Assembly: GCA_900547385.1 (NCBI GenBank)
Contig: URGQ01000002.1
Span: 114,475 to 178,474, forward strand
DNA from: an uncultured Oscillospiraceae bacterium
GTDB lineage: Bacteria > Bacillota > Clostridia > Oscillospirales > Ruminococcaceae
Reading direction: 5' to 3'
DNA length: 64,000 nucleotides
Made by a program: the position numbers and the translations under genes
The notes under the pieces: generated by a model
The model's database searches: none
What the model was told of the DNA's origin: nothing
Seen by the model: only the letters and a program-made list of their open reading frames with translations
Shown here: piece by piece, positions 12,786 to 21,813 of the stretch
How the letters are laid out: the number at the start of each line of letters is the position of its first letter
How positions within the stretch are numbered: position 1 is the first letter of the stretch

Positions 12786-12813
12786 TTGACAATAAGAAAA
12801 GCTGTGGTAGAAT
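12786..12813 (+). promoter_or_regulatory. Sigma-A type promoter of the znuA-like gene
   Basis: TTGACA, 16-17 nt spacer, TAGAAT. Confidence 0.55.
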
Positions 12814-12840
12814 ACAATTTGAGAACGAGACTCAAATTGT
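12814..12840 (+). promoter_or_regulatory. Perfect 10-bp inverted repeat (candidate repressor operator) between the -10 and the RBS
   Basis: ACAATTTGAG-aacgaga-CTCAAATTGT. Confidence 0.45.
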
Positions 12841-12853
12841 GGGAGAAAGAACC

Positions 12854-13807
12854 ATGAAGAAACGCTTTGTTTTGATACTATTGGCTATTCTGTTGTTGTC
12901 AGGGTGTGGCCCTTTACAGGAGAAGACCGAGAAAATACAGATTGTAGCAACGATTTTTCCTCTGTATGATTTTGCCCGGGAGATAGCGGGAGAGGATGCC
13001 GAGGTAAAAATGCTGCTGAAGCCAGGCGCGGAGGTACACAGTTACGAGCCGACCCCGCAGGACATAATAGCGATACAAAACTGTGATGTGTTCCTCTACA
13101 TTGGTGGGGAATCGGATGAATGGGTGCGAAATGTGCTTTCTTCGGTGGATACCAGCCGTATGCAGGTATTGACACTGATGGATTGTGTGGATGCAGCCGA
13201 GGAAGCCGAAAGCGGCTTTGCATGGAGCGGGGAGGATGGCCATGATCATGATCACGACGGGCATGACCATGGTGACGCAGAGTATGACGAGCATATCTGG
13301 ACCTCCCCCAAGAATGCCATATTGATGGCGGAAGCCATCGGTAAAGCAATACAGGCAGCAGATAGGGGTAGCGCGGAGTATTATCAAACCCATACTGAAG
13401 AATATACGGAAAAGCTGCGCGCATTAGATAGCGAGTTGACCAAAACGGTGAAGGAAGCAAAGCGTGATTTGCTCATTTTTGCGGACCGTTTTCCGTTCTT
13501 ATACTTGGCGCGTGACTATGGGCTGGAGTATTATGCTGCCTACCCGGGCTGTTCCTCCGAGGCGGAGCCGAGCGCGGCCACAGTAGCGGCCATTATAGAA
13601 GAAGTAAAACAAAGCGGTGTGCCGGCTATCTTCTATATTGAGCTTTCCAACCGGCTGATGGCGGATACCATTGCGGAGGCAACTGGTGCTGAGGAATTGC
13701 TGCTTCATTCCTGTCAGAATGTTTCCAAGGAGGAATTCGAGAGGGGGGAGAGTTATCTCTCGCTGATGGAGCAGAATATTAAAATGCTGAAAATAGCACT
13801 GAACTAA
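12854..13807 (+). CDS. znuA: Metal (probably zinc) ABC transporter substrate-binding lipoprotein, ZnuA/TroA family
   Basis: Lipobox LLSGC, TroA fold, His/Asp-rich loop GEDGHDHDHDGHDHGDAEYDEH. No znuB or znuC adjacent. Confidence 0.85.
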   Translation: MKKRFVLILLAILLLSGCGPLQEKTEKIQIVATIFPLYDFAREIAGEDAEVKMLLKPGAEVHSYEPTPQDIIAIQNCDVFLYIGGESDEWVRNVLSSVDTSRMQVLTLMDCVDAAEEAESGFAWSGEDGHDHDHDGHDHGDAEYDEHIWTSPKNAILMAEAIGKAIQAADRGSAEYYQTHTEEYTEKLRALDSELTKTVKEAKRDLLIFADRFPFLYLARDYGLEYYAAYPGCSSEAEPSAATVAAIIEEVKQSGVPAIFYIELSNRLMADTIAEATGAEELLLHSCQNVSKEEFERGESYLSLMEQNIKMLKIALN

Positions 13808-13865
13808 AACAGAAATAAAAAGTCGACCCGGTATACAGTCGCTGTACCCTTGGTCGGCTTTTTAT

Positions 13866-14440
13866 TTAGGCATGCGGAGGGGAAGGATTCTGCAATTTCC
13901 AGCCTACCGCCTGCTTTCGTCCACTGATGAAGCGACGATAAATTCCGTCCTGCTCCATCAAGTTCATCAGGTGCTCCTTATTGGACGATTTGTCCTTTAT
14001 CTCTACCACGAGGATTTGATCGGCGTGGCGGACGGCCTTTAGCCGGTGGGTAATCATAATGATGTTTTTTCGTGGGTCAGCTCTTTTTTATTCTCGGAGT
14101 CCACATTTGCCGCAGCCGCTGCGCCCGCACAGCAGTACACACTGTCCATCCGGAATGGTAAGGTCAATATTCTTCAAACTGCCTTCCGAACTGCCCAGAT
14201 AGGCAAAGGGTACATTCCGAAATTCAATCGTTGTGCTGTCACCTTCCATATAAACTAGGATATGAGAAGTGCTGCAAACAGAAAAAGCGCCAGCCAATCC
14301 ACAACACGCATTTGAATGTTGACAAGGCAGGTGCGGAGATTTAGATCCTCAATACCGCGTGTGACGAAAGCAATGGAGAGTTCATCTGTGGCCTTACTGG
14401 TAGCGATCAAAAGTGGCATATAGATGTAATTTACCGTCAT
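13866..14440 (-). pseudogene. Decayed ABC exporter gene: a TM fragment, then Walker A, then an in-frame TAA, then the H-loop and C-terminus
   Basis: FRNVPFAY...GRSGCGKCGLRE, then a stop, then KRADPRKNIIMITHRL...DGIYRRFI in the same frame. About 150 codons are missing (Q-loop, LSGGQ signature, Walker B), and only about 50 aa of the permease domain remain. Confidence 0.65.
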
Positions 14441-14616
14441 GCCAGTGTGGATCTATTGAGTTGCCTTTTATTTGCTGGATAGTAGTTATACTGTCTAACA
14501 AATAAAGGGCAGTTTGTTTTGGCTCGCTAGTTTTATTGGCATACGGTTGGCCTACCGCAGCATGCATAAAACCTGTCCCTGTACCATATGATGCACCAAA
14601 GGACAAGGAGGGACCA

Positions 14617-16059
14617 ATGATGTGGGATGTCCAAAAGCTTTTGGGGCAGTTACCGCAGCCGGTTGTCACAATTCTGCGGCAGGCCACGCCAACGCTGCTG
14701 GAACAAATGACAGAGATCCGCCTGCGGTCGGGTCAGCCTCTGGTGGTTACAGTCGGGGAGCGGACACTATTCCTTTCTAAATCCGGCACAGTTGTACCGG
14801 CAGAGCAGGGCTTTATAATACCGCAAGAGCTGGTGCAGGAGACAATGCTTTCTCTTTGCGGGCATTCACTGCATGGGATAGAAAAAACGCTGGAACAGGG
14901 CTTTTTTACGGCGCAGGGCGGATTTCGTATCGGGGCGTGCATGCAGCCCTATGCCGCGCGGCAGGGACGGGCGCTGTCGCTTTGCATTCGATTGCCAAGG
15001 GAAGTTATTGGGGCGGCATCTGATATTTATTCTATTTGGCAGTGTTCACAAGGGTTAATTTTAGCTGGGCCGCCAGCCAGCGGAAAAACCACCATTTTGC
15101 GGGATCTGTGCCGGTTGATTTCCTTCGGAGAAGGAAGAACACCCACTCGAACCGTCCTGCTGGATGAACGCAATGAGCTGAGCGGCTGGGATGGTGAAAA
15201 ATGTGCATTCCAGTTGGGCCCAAGTACAGATATCCTCAGTGGTTTGCCCAAGGCGGAAGCCATTAGGCGAGCCACCCGCACCCTTTCGCCGCAGGTCATT
15301 CTCTGTGATGAGATTGCGGATGAACACGAAGCAACAGCTATACAGTATGCTTTTTTCTGCGGGGTCCGTTTTGTGGTCACGGTACATTGTGGTGTGGGGC
15401 AGGAGCCATTTTACAACGCTATGCTGCGTAGATTAATGCAAACCGGAGCATTCAGTCATCTTTATCTGCTGGGGCTGCCGGTAGGAGAAGCAAGTGGAAC
15501 GGTGGTGACAAGGGATGAGTACGATCGCAAAGCTGCTGGGCTCGGTGCTGGTTTTGGGCGGATGTACGATGATGGGATTTACTCTGGCGGGGCGGCTGCG
15601 TACCCGACGGCAGTTGGCAGCTCTGCTGGGACGCTACTGGGGGGATTTTCTGCGGCAGATGGAATTAACATCCCAGCCGCCTGCGCAGATTGCCGCGGTG
15701 TTGGCGGAGCGCAGCGTTTATCGGGAATGGACCTTTGCGCAGCAGTTGGCGTCCCAACCGGAGGAAGACTTTGGAATGGCATTGATCGATATAATGCAAA
15801 ACACGGCGTTGCCGGAAGCATTTCAAAAGGCAATGATGCCATTGACGGAGGTGCTGGGGAGTACGACGATGGAAGTCGAGAAACAGGCACTGATAGGGGC
15901 GCTGATGGCTCTGCGGCAGGAGGAAAAATACTGGACAGAGCAGGAGAACCGACAGGGGACGCTTTTCCGACGGCTGGGAATGCTGGGTGGATTGGCGTTG
16001 GTGGTTCTGCTCATCTGATGGAGGAAACAGCATGGAAGTGGATCTCATCTTCAGAATAG
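14617..16059 (+). CDS. spoIIIAA: Stage III sporulation protein AA. Homology ends near 15515, but the frame has no stop until 16059
   Basis: MMWDVQKLLGQLP..., Walker A GPPASGKTT, about 300 aa of SpoIIIAA homology. The remaining 180 codons are a Gly/Ala-rich translation in the wrong frame, overlapping spoIIIAB, spoIIIAC and the start of spoIIIAD. Confidence 0.8.
   Translation: MMWDVQKLLGQLPQPVVTILRQATPTLLEQMTEIRLRSGQPLVVTVGERTLFLSKSGTVVPAEQGFIIPQELVQETMLSLCGHSLHGIEKTLEQGFFTAQGGFRIGACMQPYAARQGRALSLCIRLPREVIGAASDIYSIWQCSQGLILAGPPASGKTTILRDLCRLISFGEGRTPTRTVLLDERNELSGWDGEKCAFQLGPSTDILSGLPKAEAIRRATRTLSPQVILCDEIADEHEATAIQYAFFCGVRFVVTVHCGVGQEPFYNAMLRRLMQTGAFSHLYLLGLPVGEASGTVVTRDEYDRKAAGLGAGFGRMYDDGIYSGGAAAYPTAVGSSAGTLLGGFSAADGINIPAACADCRGVGGAQRLSGMDLCAAVGVPTGGRLWNGIDRYNAKHGVAGSISKGNDAIDGGAGEYDDGSRETGTDRGADGSAAGGKILDRAGEPTGDAFPTAGNAGWIGVGGSAHLMEETAWKWISSSE
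15515..16018 (+). CDS. spoIIIAB: Stage III sporulation protein AB
   Basis: About 167 aa, N-terminal TM helix, SpoIIIAB homology, operon position. Confidence 0.85.
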   Translation: MSTIAKLLGSVLVLGGCTMMGFTLAGRLRTRRQLAALLGRYWGDFLRQMELTSQPPAQIAAVLAERSVYREWTFAQQLASQPEEDFGMALIDIMQNTALPEAFQKAMMPLTEVLGSTTMEVEKQALIGALMALRQEEKYWTEQENRQGTLFRRLGMLGGLALVVLLI

Positions 16060-16250
16060 CGGCGATTGGTATTATCGTATCGGTGCTGTATCAGGTGCTG
16101 CTGCGCTCCGGCCGGGAGGAGCAGGCGATGCTTACCTCCCTGGCTGGGCTTATTGTGGTGCTTACCATGCTTATCTATGAGATCAGCGGTCTTTTTGATA
16201 CCGTCAAGGAAGTATTTGGGCTGGTGGTACTATGGAAATTACCGCTTTGA
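16032..16250 (+). CDS. spoIIIAC: Stage III sporulation protein AC
   Basis: MEVDLIFRIAAIGIIVSVL..., a small two-TM protein. Confidence 0.8.
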   Translation: MEVDLIFRIAAIGIIVSVLYQVLLRSGREEQAMLTSLAGLIVVLTMLIYEISGLFDTVKEVFGLVVLWKLPL

Positions 16251-16621
16251 TCGTTCTGTGTATTATCACAGCACTGCTGGCGCTTTCGCTGCGGGGGCAG
16301 CGGCCGGAGTTTGCTATGCTGCTTTCCCTAGGCTGTGGACTGTTTGTACTGCTATACCTGCTGGGGCAAATGAAGGACATCTTTTCCGGCTTGGAGGATA
16401 TTCTATCCGGACTTTCCGGACAAAGTGAATTGACCGCCATCATCTTAAAGGCATTAGGGGTTTGTATTGTGGCGGAATTGGGCAGCCAGTGCTGCCGAGA
16501 TGCCGGAGAAACAGCGATTGCTGCCAAGGTGGAGCTGGCCGCCAAAGCAACATTAGTGATGATGAGCATGCCAGTATTTGCTTCGCTGCTGGAAATGGCC
16601 GGGGAGCTGCTGCGCCTATGA
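16232..16621 (+). CDS. spoIIIAD: Stage III sporulation protein AD
   Basis: 129 aa membrane protein with SpoIIIAD homology. Confidence 0.85.
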   Translation: MEITALIVLCIITALLALSLRGQRPEFAMLLSLGCGLFVLLYLLGQMKDIFSGLEDILSGLSGQSELTAIILKALGVCIVAELGSQCCRDAGETAIAAKVELAAKATLVMMSMPVFASLLEMAGELLRL

Positions 16622-17754
16622 AACATATAGTTAGGCTTCTGCTTGCGCTGATTCTCTGCGGGTGCGTGGTACTTTTTCCGGTGCGGGCGCAGACTATCGA
16701 TCCCGCCGCCGAGGTGGAGCAATATTTTGCAGGAGAGGACATGACCGCTGTAAAGGAGGCCATTCCTCCTGGTGCTGCCGAGCTGATAGATAAAGAGGGG
16801 ATCACTTCCTTTTCACGGCTTATTGCCATGCCGGTGGAGCAAGTGTGGAAGATTTTGACTGACGCATTTAAGGAACATCTGGGCGCTCCGCTGCGAGTAT
16901 TGCTTTCGCTGGTCGGCGCAGTGCTGCTGTGCAGCCTTGTCAAGGGGATTGGCAGCTCGCTGGGTAGCGGTGTGCACCAGGTGTTTTCCATCATTATGAC
17001 GGTCTTTGTCATTTCGCTTCTCATTCGTCCGGTCATCGAGTGTATTTTGTCACTCCATACTGTCTTTGCGGATTTCTCCCTGTTTCTCACAGTGTATATC
17101 CCGGTTTTTGCCGGAATCATGACCACAGCAGGCCAACCCATGACAGGTGCGCTCTACAATGTGCTGCTGTTTGGTGCGTGCCAGGGGATCAGTTCTCTGC
17201 TGCAGGCGGCATTTGTGCCTGTTATCAGCTGCTATCTTTCTTTGGCTATTGTTACTGAAGTGGTTCCGCAGATGGGACTGGCCGGGATTGTTTCGGGCTT
17301 CAAAAAGTTGATTACATGGGCATTGGGTCTTACCATGACGCTGTTTGTGGGGCTGTTGTCTCTGCAATCCGCCATAGCGGGTGGCGGTGACAATGTGGCG
17401 GTCAAGACTACAAAGTTTATGATCAGCAGTCTGATCCCTGGAGTGGGCGGCAGTCTTTCGGAGCTTTTTATGGCGACACAGGGGTGTGTTCAGCTTGTTA
17501 AAAGTACCGTTGGCGCGGCCGGGATAGTGATTGCTGTGCTGACTTTTTTGCCGGTATTATTGCAGGTGACACTGTGGCAGCTGGTTACGGCAGCGGGTGG
17601 CATTGTGGGGGAAATGCTGGGTGCTGGAGAACTTTCTCGTTTGCTTAAATCGGTTGGTTCGGCACTTTCGGTCATGCTGGCTATTACCCTGTACTATGCC
17701 ATGCTGTTTATTGTTTCCACTTCTCTTATGATACTGGCCTTCAAGGGAGGTTAA
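16618..17754 (+). CDS. spoIIIAE: Stage III sporulation protein AE
   Basis: Signal peptide followed by a polytopic membrane domain. The ATG at 16618 overlaps the spoIIIAD stop as ATGA. Confidence 0.9.
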   Translation: MKHIVRLLLALILCGCVVLFPVRAQTIDPAAEVEQYFAGEDMTAVKEAIPPGAAELIDKEGITSFSRLIAMPVEQVWKILTDAFKEHLGAPLRVLLSLVGAVLLCSLVKGIGSSLGSGVHQVFSIIMTVFVISLLIRPVIECILSLHTVFADFSLFLTVYIPVFAGIMTTAGQPMTGALYNVLLFGACQGISSLLQAAFVPVISCYLSLAIVTEVVPQMGLAGIVSGFKKLITWALGLTMTLFVGLLSLQSAIAGGGDNVAVKTTKFMISSLIPGVGGSLSELFMATQGCVQLVKSTVGAAGIVIAVLTFLPVLLQVTLWQLVTAAGGIVGEMLGAGELSRLLKSVGSALSVMLAITLYYAMLFIVSTSLMILAFKGG

Positions 17755-17757
17755 GCT

Positions 17758-18252
17758 ATGCAGGCAATCCAAAACTGGTGCTATACCATATTTGCGGGGG
17801 TACTTTTTTCCGGCATTGTACTGCTGCTTACCCCAAGTGAGCGATTTCGGCCATTGATGCAGCTTTTGCTAGGGGCTTTTTTGCTGGTTTGTATTTTTAC
17901 TTGGTGCAGCCGGGCTAATATCCAATTGGAGATGAATATGGAAGAAGCGGAGCGGTATAGGCAGGAGATCGCCGGCCGAACAGAGGACTACTTTATAGAA
18001 CGGATCAAATATCTCTCACAGGAGGAACTGGAGAAAACGGCAGAGGAATATCTGTCCGACTATGGCATAAAGCCGGGGGAATACCAAATATACATGGAAA
18101 CAGAGGAGCACTCGGATAGCGCAGAAGGGGTCTATTTACTGCTACGGCTGCCCGCACGCGTGATGGATCAATCTTTGACCATTAGCCGAGCACTGGGCTA
18201 CCAACTGGGAGTGGATGTGAGGATAGAAACCTATGGAAAAGATGCGGGATAA
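17758..18252 (+). CDS. spoIIIAF: Stage III sporulation protein AF
   Basis: Two N-terminal TM helices followed by a soluble domain; operon position. Confidence 0.8.
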   Translation: MQAIQNWCYTIFAGVLFSGIVLLLTPSERFRPLMQLLLGAFLLVCIFTWCSRANIQLEMNMEEAERYRQEIAGRTEDYFIERIKYLSQEELEKTAEEYLSDYGIKPGEYQIYMETEEHSDSAEGVYLLLRLPARVMDQSLTISRALGYQLGVDVRIETYGKDAG

Positions 18253-18805
18253 AAATGGGAAGCCTGAGAAAAAGTCCTCCAGGACCACGCTGATTATGGC
18301 CGCGGGACTGCTGGGGATCCTGCTTATTGGGATAGCGCCGATGCTGAAAACGGATGGTGCTAAAAAACAATTTCAGCAAGAGACAGTTCCCTCGGCAGAA
18401 GAATATGCCGCCGCGCTGGAAAGCCGCCTGGAGGGAATCCTGGGACGCATTGACGGGGTAGGGGAGGTCGAGGTGATGATCACCCTGAAAAGTGGCTACA
18501 CCTACACCTATGCTGTTACCGAAAAGGTGAACAGCGATGTAAGCGAAGAATATAAAAGTGATGATCAGCGAAAATCCCAACAGAAAAACACCACCGAGCA
18601 AAGCTATGTTATGGTGGAGGACGGCGGCAGCCCCCTGGTCACGGCGCTCAATGAACCAGAGATCAAAGGCGTAGTGGTGGTGTGCGCCGGAGGAGGAGCC
18701 CCCAAGGTGGTGGCACAGGTTACCGCGGCGGTAAAAACCGCGCTGGATATTTCCTCTGCCAAGATTACCGTTTCCAAGATCAGCTCCGGCGCCGCCGGTC
18801 ACTGA
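18233..18805 (+). CDS. spoIIIAG: Stage III sporulation protein AG
   Basis: N-terminal TM helix; conserved ring-forming C-terminal domain (VVVVCAGGG...). Confidence 0.85.
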   Translation: MEKMRDKNGKPEKKSSRTTLIMAAGLLGILLIGIAPMLKTDGAKKQFQQETVPSAEEYAAALESRLEGILGRIDGVGEVEVMITLKSGYTYTYAVTEKVNSDVSEEYKSDDQRKSQQKNTTEQSYVMVEDGGSPLVTALNEPEIKGVVVVCAGGGAPKVVAQVTAAVKTALDISSAKITVSKISSGAAGH

Positions 18806-18847
18806 TAGATTAAATCACAGAGCCTACAAAAAGGAGTGCATAGCAAG

Positions 18848-19360
18848 ATGAAACTTTCCATCAAAAAGGGCCATATTGTACTGGGGGCATTGGTGCTGGC
18901 GCTGGGGGCGGCGGTGTACCTCAACTGGGATTACATGAAACAGACCGACTATGTGGCGGCTGGAAATACCAATCAAACCACCAATGAAAATGAAGGAACG
19001 GCCAATTACGGGGATGCTTATTTTGTATCGGCACGGCTTTCCCGTACACAGTCCCGCGATGAAGCAATGGATGCCCTCAAGTATATGCTGGAGGATTCTG
19101 CTATGGAGGAGGGGGCAGCTGCTGTGTTAGCACAGCAGGCGCAGTCACTGGCCAAGACCATCGAGACCGAGGGCAAGATCGAGAACATTATTAAGGCCAA
19201 GGGTTTTACGGAATGCATGGTTTACCTGGATGAAGATAAGGTAGATGTCATTGTGCAGAGCACTGGACTTACCGATAGCGAGGCCGCGCAGATTATGGAT
19301 GCTGTAATGAGCGAGGTGGAGGTAGAGGAAAGCAATGTTTCCATCATTGAAATAAAGTAG
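18848..19360 (+). CDS. spoIIIAH: Stage III sporulation protein AH
   Basis: N-terminal TM helix followed by a YscJ/FliF-like domain; the last gene of the operon. Confidence 0.8.
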   Translation: MKLSIKKGHIVLGALVLALGAAVYLNWDYMKQTDYVAAGNTNQTTNENEGTANYGDAYFVSARLSRTQSRDEAMDALKYMLEDSAMEEGAAAVLAQQAQSLAKTIETEGKIENIIKAKGFTECMVYLDEDKVDVIVQSTGLTDSEAAQIMDAVMSEVEVEESNVSIIEIK

Positions 19361-19427
19361 TTGCCACCGGGCAAAAATATTGCTATAATATAAAGGTATT
19401 AGTCCTAACATAGGAGGTGCAACACTT

Positions 19428-19790
19428 ATGGAATATGAAAACACTGCCGGCAGTCTGAAGATCTCCTCCGAGGTCGTGGCTTCGATAGCAGAATATGCAG
19501 TAAAAGAAGTAGAGGGTGTGGCGTGCCTTGCCCCCATCGTTTCCAATATTGGCGGCTGGCTGCTGGAAAAGCAGACCATTAAGCCTATTTCGATTCAGAT
19601 GAACGAAGGCAAGGCAACCATTGACATCCGTCTTTTGGTGGAGCCCAATGCCAAGATCCCCGTCCTCAGCCGAAAGCTGCAGGAGGCGGTGAAAGATGCC
19701 GTTCAGAGCATGACCGGTATCGAAGTAGCTACTGTGAACCTTTACATTGCCGGTGTTTCGGTACCCCGTACCGCCAATACCGCTGAATAA
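19428..19790 (+). CDS. Asp23/Gls24 family alkaline-shock protein (YqhY-like)
   Basis: Asp23 family homology. A TTGCCA-N17-TATAAT promoter and a GGAGGTG SD lie upstream. The same spoIIIA-yqhY synteny occurs in Bacillus. Confidence 0.85.
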   Translation: MEYENTAGSLKISSEVVASIAEYAVKEVEGVACLAPIVSNIGGWLLEKQTIKPISIQMNEGKATIDIRLLVEPNAKIPVLSRKLQEAVKDAVQSMTGIEVATVNLYIAGVSVPRTANTAE

Positions 19791-19801
19791 GAGCTCGATT
19801 C

Positions 19802-19842
19802 GACAGCCCTCTTAATAGCGTATATATTAAGAGGGCTGTCTT
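19802..19842 (+). terminator. Strong hairpin after the asp23 gene; a weak terminator or RNA structure
   Basis: GACAGCCCTCTTAATA-gcgtatat-TATTAAGAGGGCTGTC followed by TTA. Confidence 0.4.
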
Positions 19843-19864
19843 ACTGAATGGAGGACGACAAAAT

Positions 19865-20293
19865 ATGACCAGACGCGAAGCCCGTGAGCAGGCGCTTTCC
19901 ATGATCTTCGAAATGAACTTCAACGATAACTCGGTGGATGAAATGGTGGATAACGCCCTTATCTTCCGGGATGAATCGGTGGATGAATACGCGGTCCAAA
20001 TTGCCCAGCAGGTGCGCTTGCACTGGGAGGACAACCTTTCCGCTGTGGAGCAGTACAGCAAAAAGTGGAAAGCAAACCGTCTGCCCAAGGTTTCGCTGGC
20101 CATTCTTATGCTGGCCATCACTGAGATTGCTTATGTCAAGGATGCCCCGGTCGGCGCTGTTATCAATGAGGCGGTGGAACTGGCCAAAAAGTATGCTGGC
20201 CCGGAGGATGCTTCCTACATCAATGGCGTGTTGGGCGGTTATGTTCGTGGAACGATGGGCGAAGCAGCCCTCCCTAAGGAAGCCGAAGAATGA
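19865..20293 (+). CDS. nusB: Transcription antitermination factor NusB
   Basis: NusB homology across the whole length, 142 aa. Confidence 0.9.
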   Translation: MTRREAREQALSMIFEMNFNDNSVDEMVDNALIFRDESVDEYAVQIAQQVRLHWEDNLSAVEQYSKKWKANRLPKVSLAILMLAITEIAYVKDAPVGAVINEAVELAKKYAGPEDASYINGVLGGYVRGTMGEAALPKEAEE

Positions 20294-20374
20294 TAGTGGG
20301 GAGTGCTGCGGCCGGTGGGTGGCAGGCTCCCTTTTTGCAATAAACCCCAATAATGCATGGAAGGAGGTGCCATC

Positions 20375-21598
20375 ATGCCGGCGCAAATCATCAAGGTCTC
20401 GCAGCTTAATCGCTATGTGAGGGCTCAGTTGGAGGAGAATACACTTTTGGGTGATCTCCTTGTCAAGGGAGAGCTCACCAGCGTCAGCTGGCGCAGCAGC
20501 TCAGGGCACTTCTATTTTACCATTAGTGAAGGCGGCGCCTCCCTGCATTGTGTGATGTTTGCACGCTATGCCGAAAGACTTCCTTCCTTTCCGGAGGAGG
20601 GCAGTACCGTTATTGTACGGGGGGCAGTTACCCTGTATGAACGGGACGGGCAATATCAACTTTCTGCTTATGATATCCAAAACATGGGACAGGGAAGCGG
20701 CAGCGCTGACTATACCGCTCTTCGGAAAAAGCTGCTGGCTGAGGGACTCCTTTCTCCAGAGCGCAAACGCAAAGCACCTCTCTTTCCGCGGGCCATTGGA
20801 GTTATTACCTCTGCAGAAGGCGCCGCTGTGCAGGATATCATCACCGGGATGCAACGACATAATGATCTGATTCCGCTTATACTTTATCCTGCCACGGTGC
20901 AAGGCAGTGCAGCAGTAGAGCAGATTCTCTATGCCCTGCACTGTGTCATAGCCGAAAATCGCTGCGATATCCTTATCATTGCTAGGGGCGGTGGCGCTTC
21001 CGAAACGCTTGCAGTCTTTAATGATGAACGCCTACTGCGGGCAGTAGCGGTCTGCCCAGTGCCAGTTATTTCGGCGGTCGGACATGATGTGGATATTACT
21101 CTGCTTGATGAAGTTGCTGATATCCGGGCTGCGACCCCAACGGCTGCTTGCCAGTATTGCTGTGTATCCAAAGAGGAACTTTTGGCGGAGCTGAATACTG
21201 CTAGGAGCGAATTGCAGCAGGCGATTAGCAGTCGCGTGACTATGGCACTGCAGCACACGGCTTCGCTCCAGCGAGTATTACGGGCTCGTTCCCCTATGGT
21301 GTTGTGGAGCAAAAATCGCCAGCGCCTGGCCTATCTTACTCAGTTGCTTCAGGGCAATATGCAGTACGCCCTGTGGCGGATGACCCAGCGGGTTGCTCAC
21401 CAACGAGGCCAGTTGGAACTTTTAGATCCCGCCCTGCCGGTGGAACGGGGCTATACCATTACTTATATGGTGCGGGAAACGGACAAGATACCGATTTATA
21501 CCTGTGGGAAACTCCGCCCTGGGGATCCCCTATTGACCCGCTTGAAGGATGGAGAAGTTTTCTCCACAGTAACAGCCATTAATATCCGAAAGGAGTAG
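20375..21598 (+). CDS. xseA: Exodeoxyribonuclease VII large subunit
   Basis: OB-fold N-terminus and XseA catalytic core. ATG at 20375 after AAGGAGGTG. Confidence 0.9.
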   Translation: MPAQIIKVSQLNRYVRAQLEENTLLGDLLVKGELTSVSWRSSSGHFYFTISEGGASLHCVMFARYAERLPSFPEEGSTVIVRGAVTLYERDGQYQLSAYDIQNMGQGSGSADYTALRKKLLAEGLLSPERKRKAPLFPRAIGVITSAEGAAVQDIITGMQRHNDLIPLILYPATVQGSAAVEQILYALHCVIAENRCDILIIARGGGASETLAVFNDERLLRAVAVCPVPVISAVGHDVDITLLDEVADIRAATPTAACQYCCVSKEELLAELNTARSELQQAISSRVTMALQHTASLQRVLRARSPMVLWSKNRQRLAYLTQLLQGNMQYALWRMTQRVAHQRGQLELLDPALPVERGYTITYMVRETDKIPIYTCGKLRPGDPLLTRLKDGEVFSTVTAINIRKE

Positions 21599-21600
21599 CT

Positions 21601-21813
21601 ATGGCACAAAAAACACTGGAAAATGAGCTCAAGGAGCTTGAAAATATTGTTGCCCGCCTTTCATCGGAAGAACTTCCGTTGGAGGAAGCGATTGCCCTTT
21701 ACACCAAGGGCTTGGAGTTGAGCCGCAGCTGCGATGCGTTGCTGGCCGCTGCCCGCCAGACAGTAGAAATGGGAAAAATGCAGCTGGAGGACGAAATCAA
21801 TGACCTGGAATGA
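21601..21813 (+). CDS. xseB: Exodeoxyribonuclease VII small subunit
   Basis: 70 aa coiled-coil protein immediately after xseA. Confidence 0.9.
   Translation: MAQKTLENELKELENIVARLSSEELPLEEAIALYTKGLELSRSCDALLAAARQTVEMGKMQLEDEINDLE

Noticed and set aside
15537-16059. Gly/Ala-rich tail of the spoIIIAA frame as a possible separate low-complexity protein
   Set aside because: It overlaps spoIIIAB and spoIIIAC out of frame. Its composition is that of an alternate-frame read of GC-rich coding DNA. I treat it as a consequence of the missing stop.
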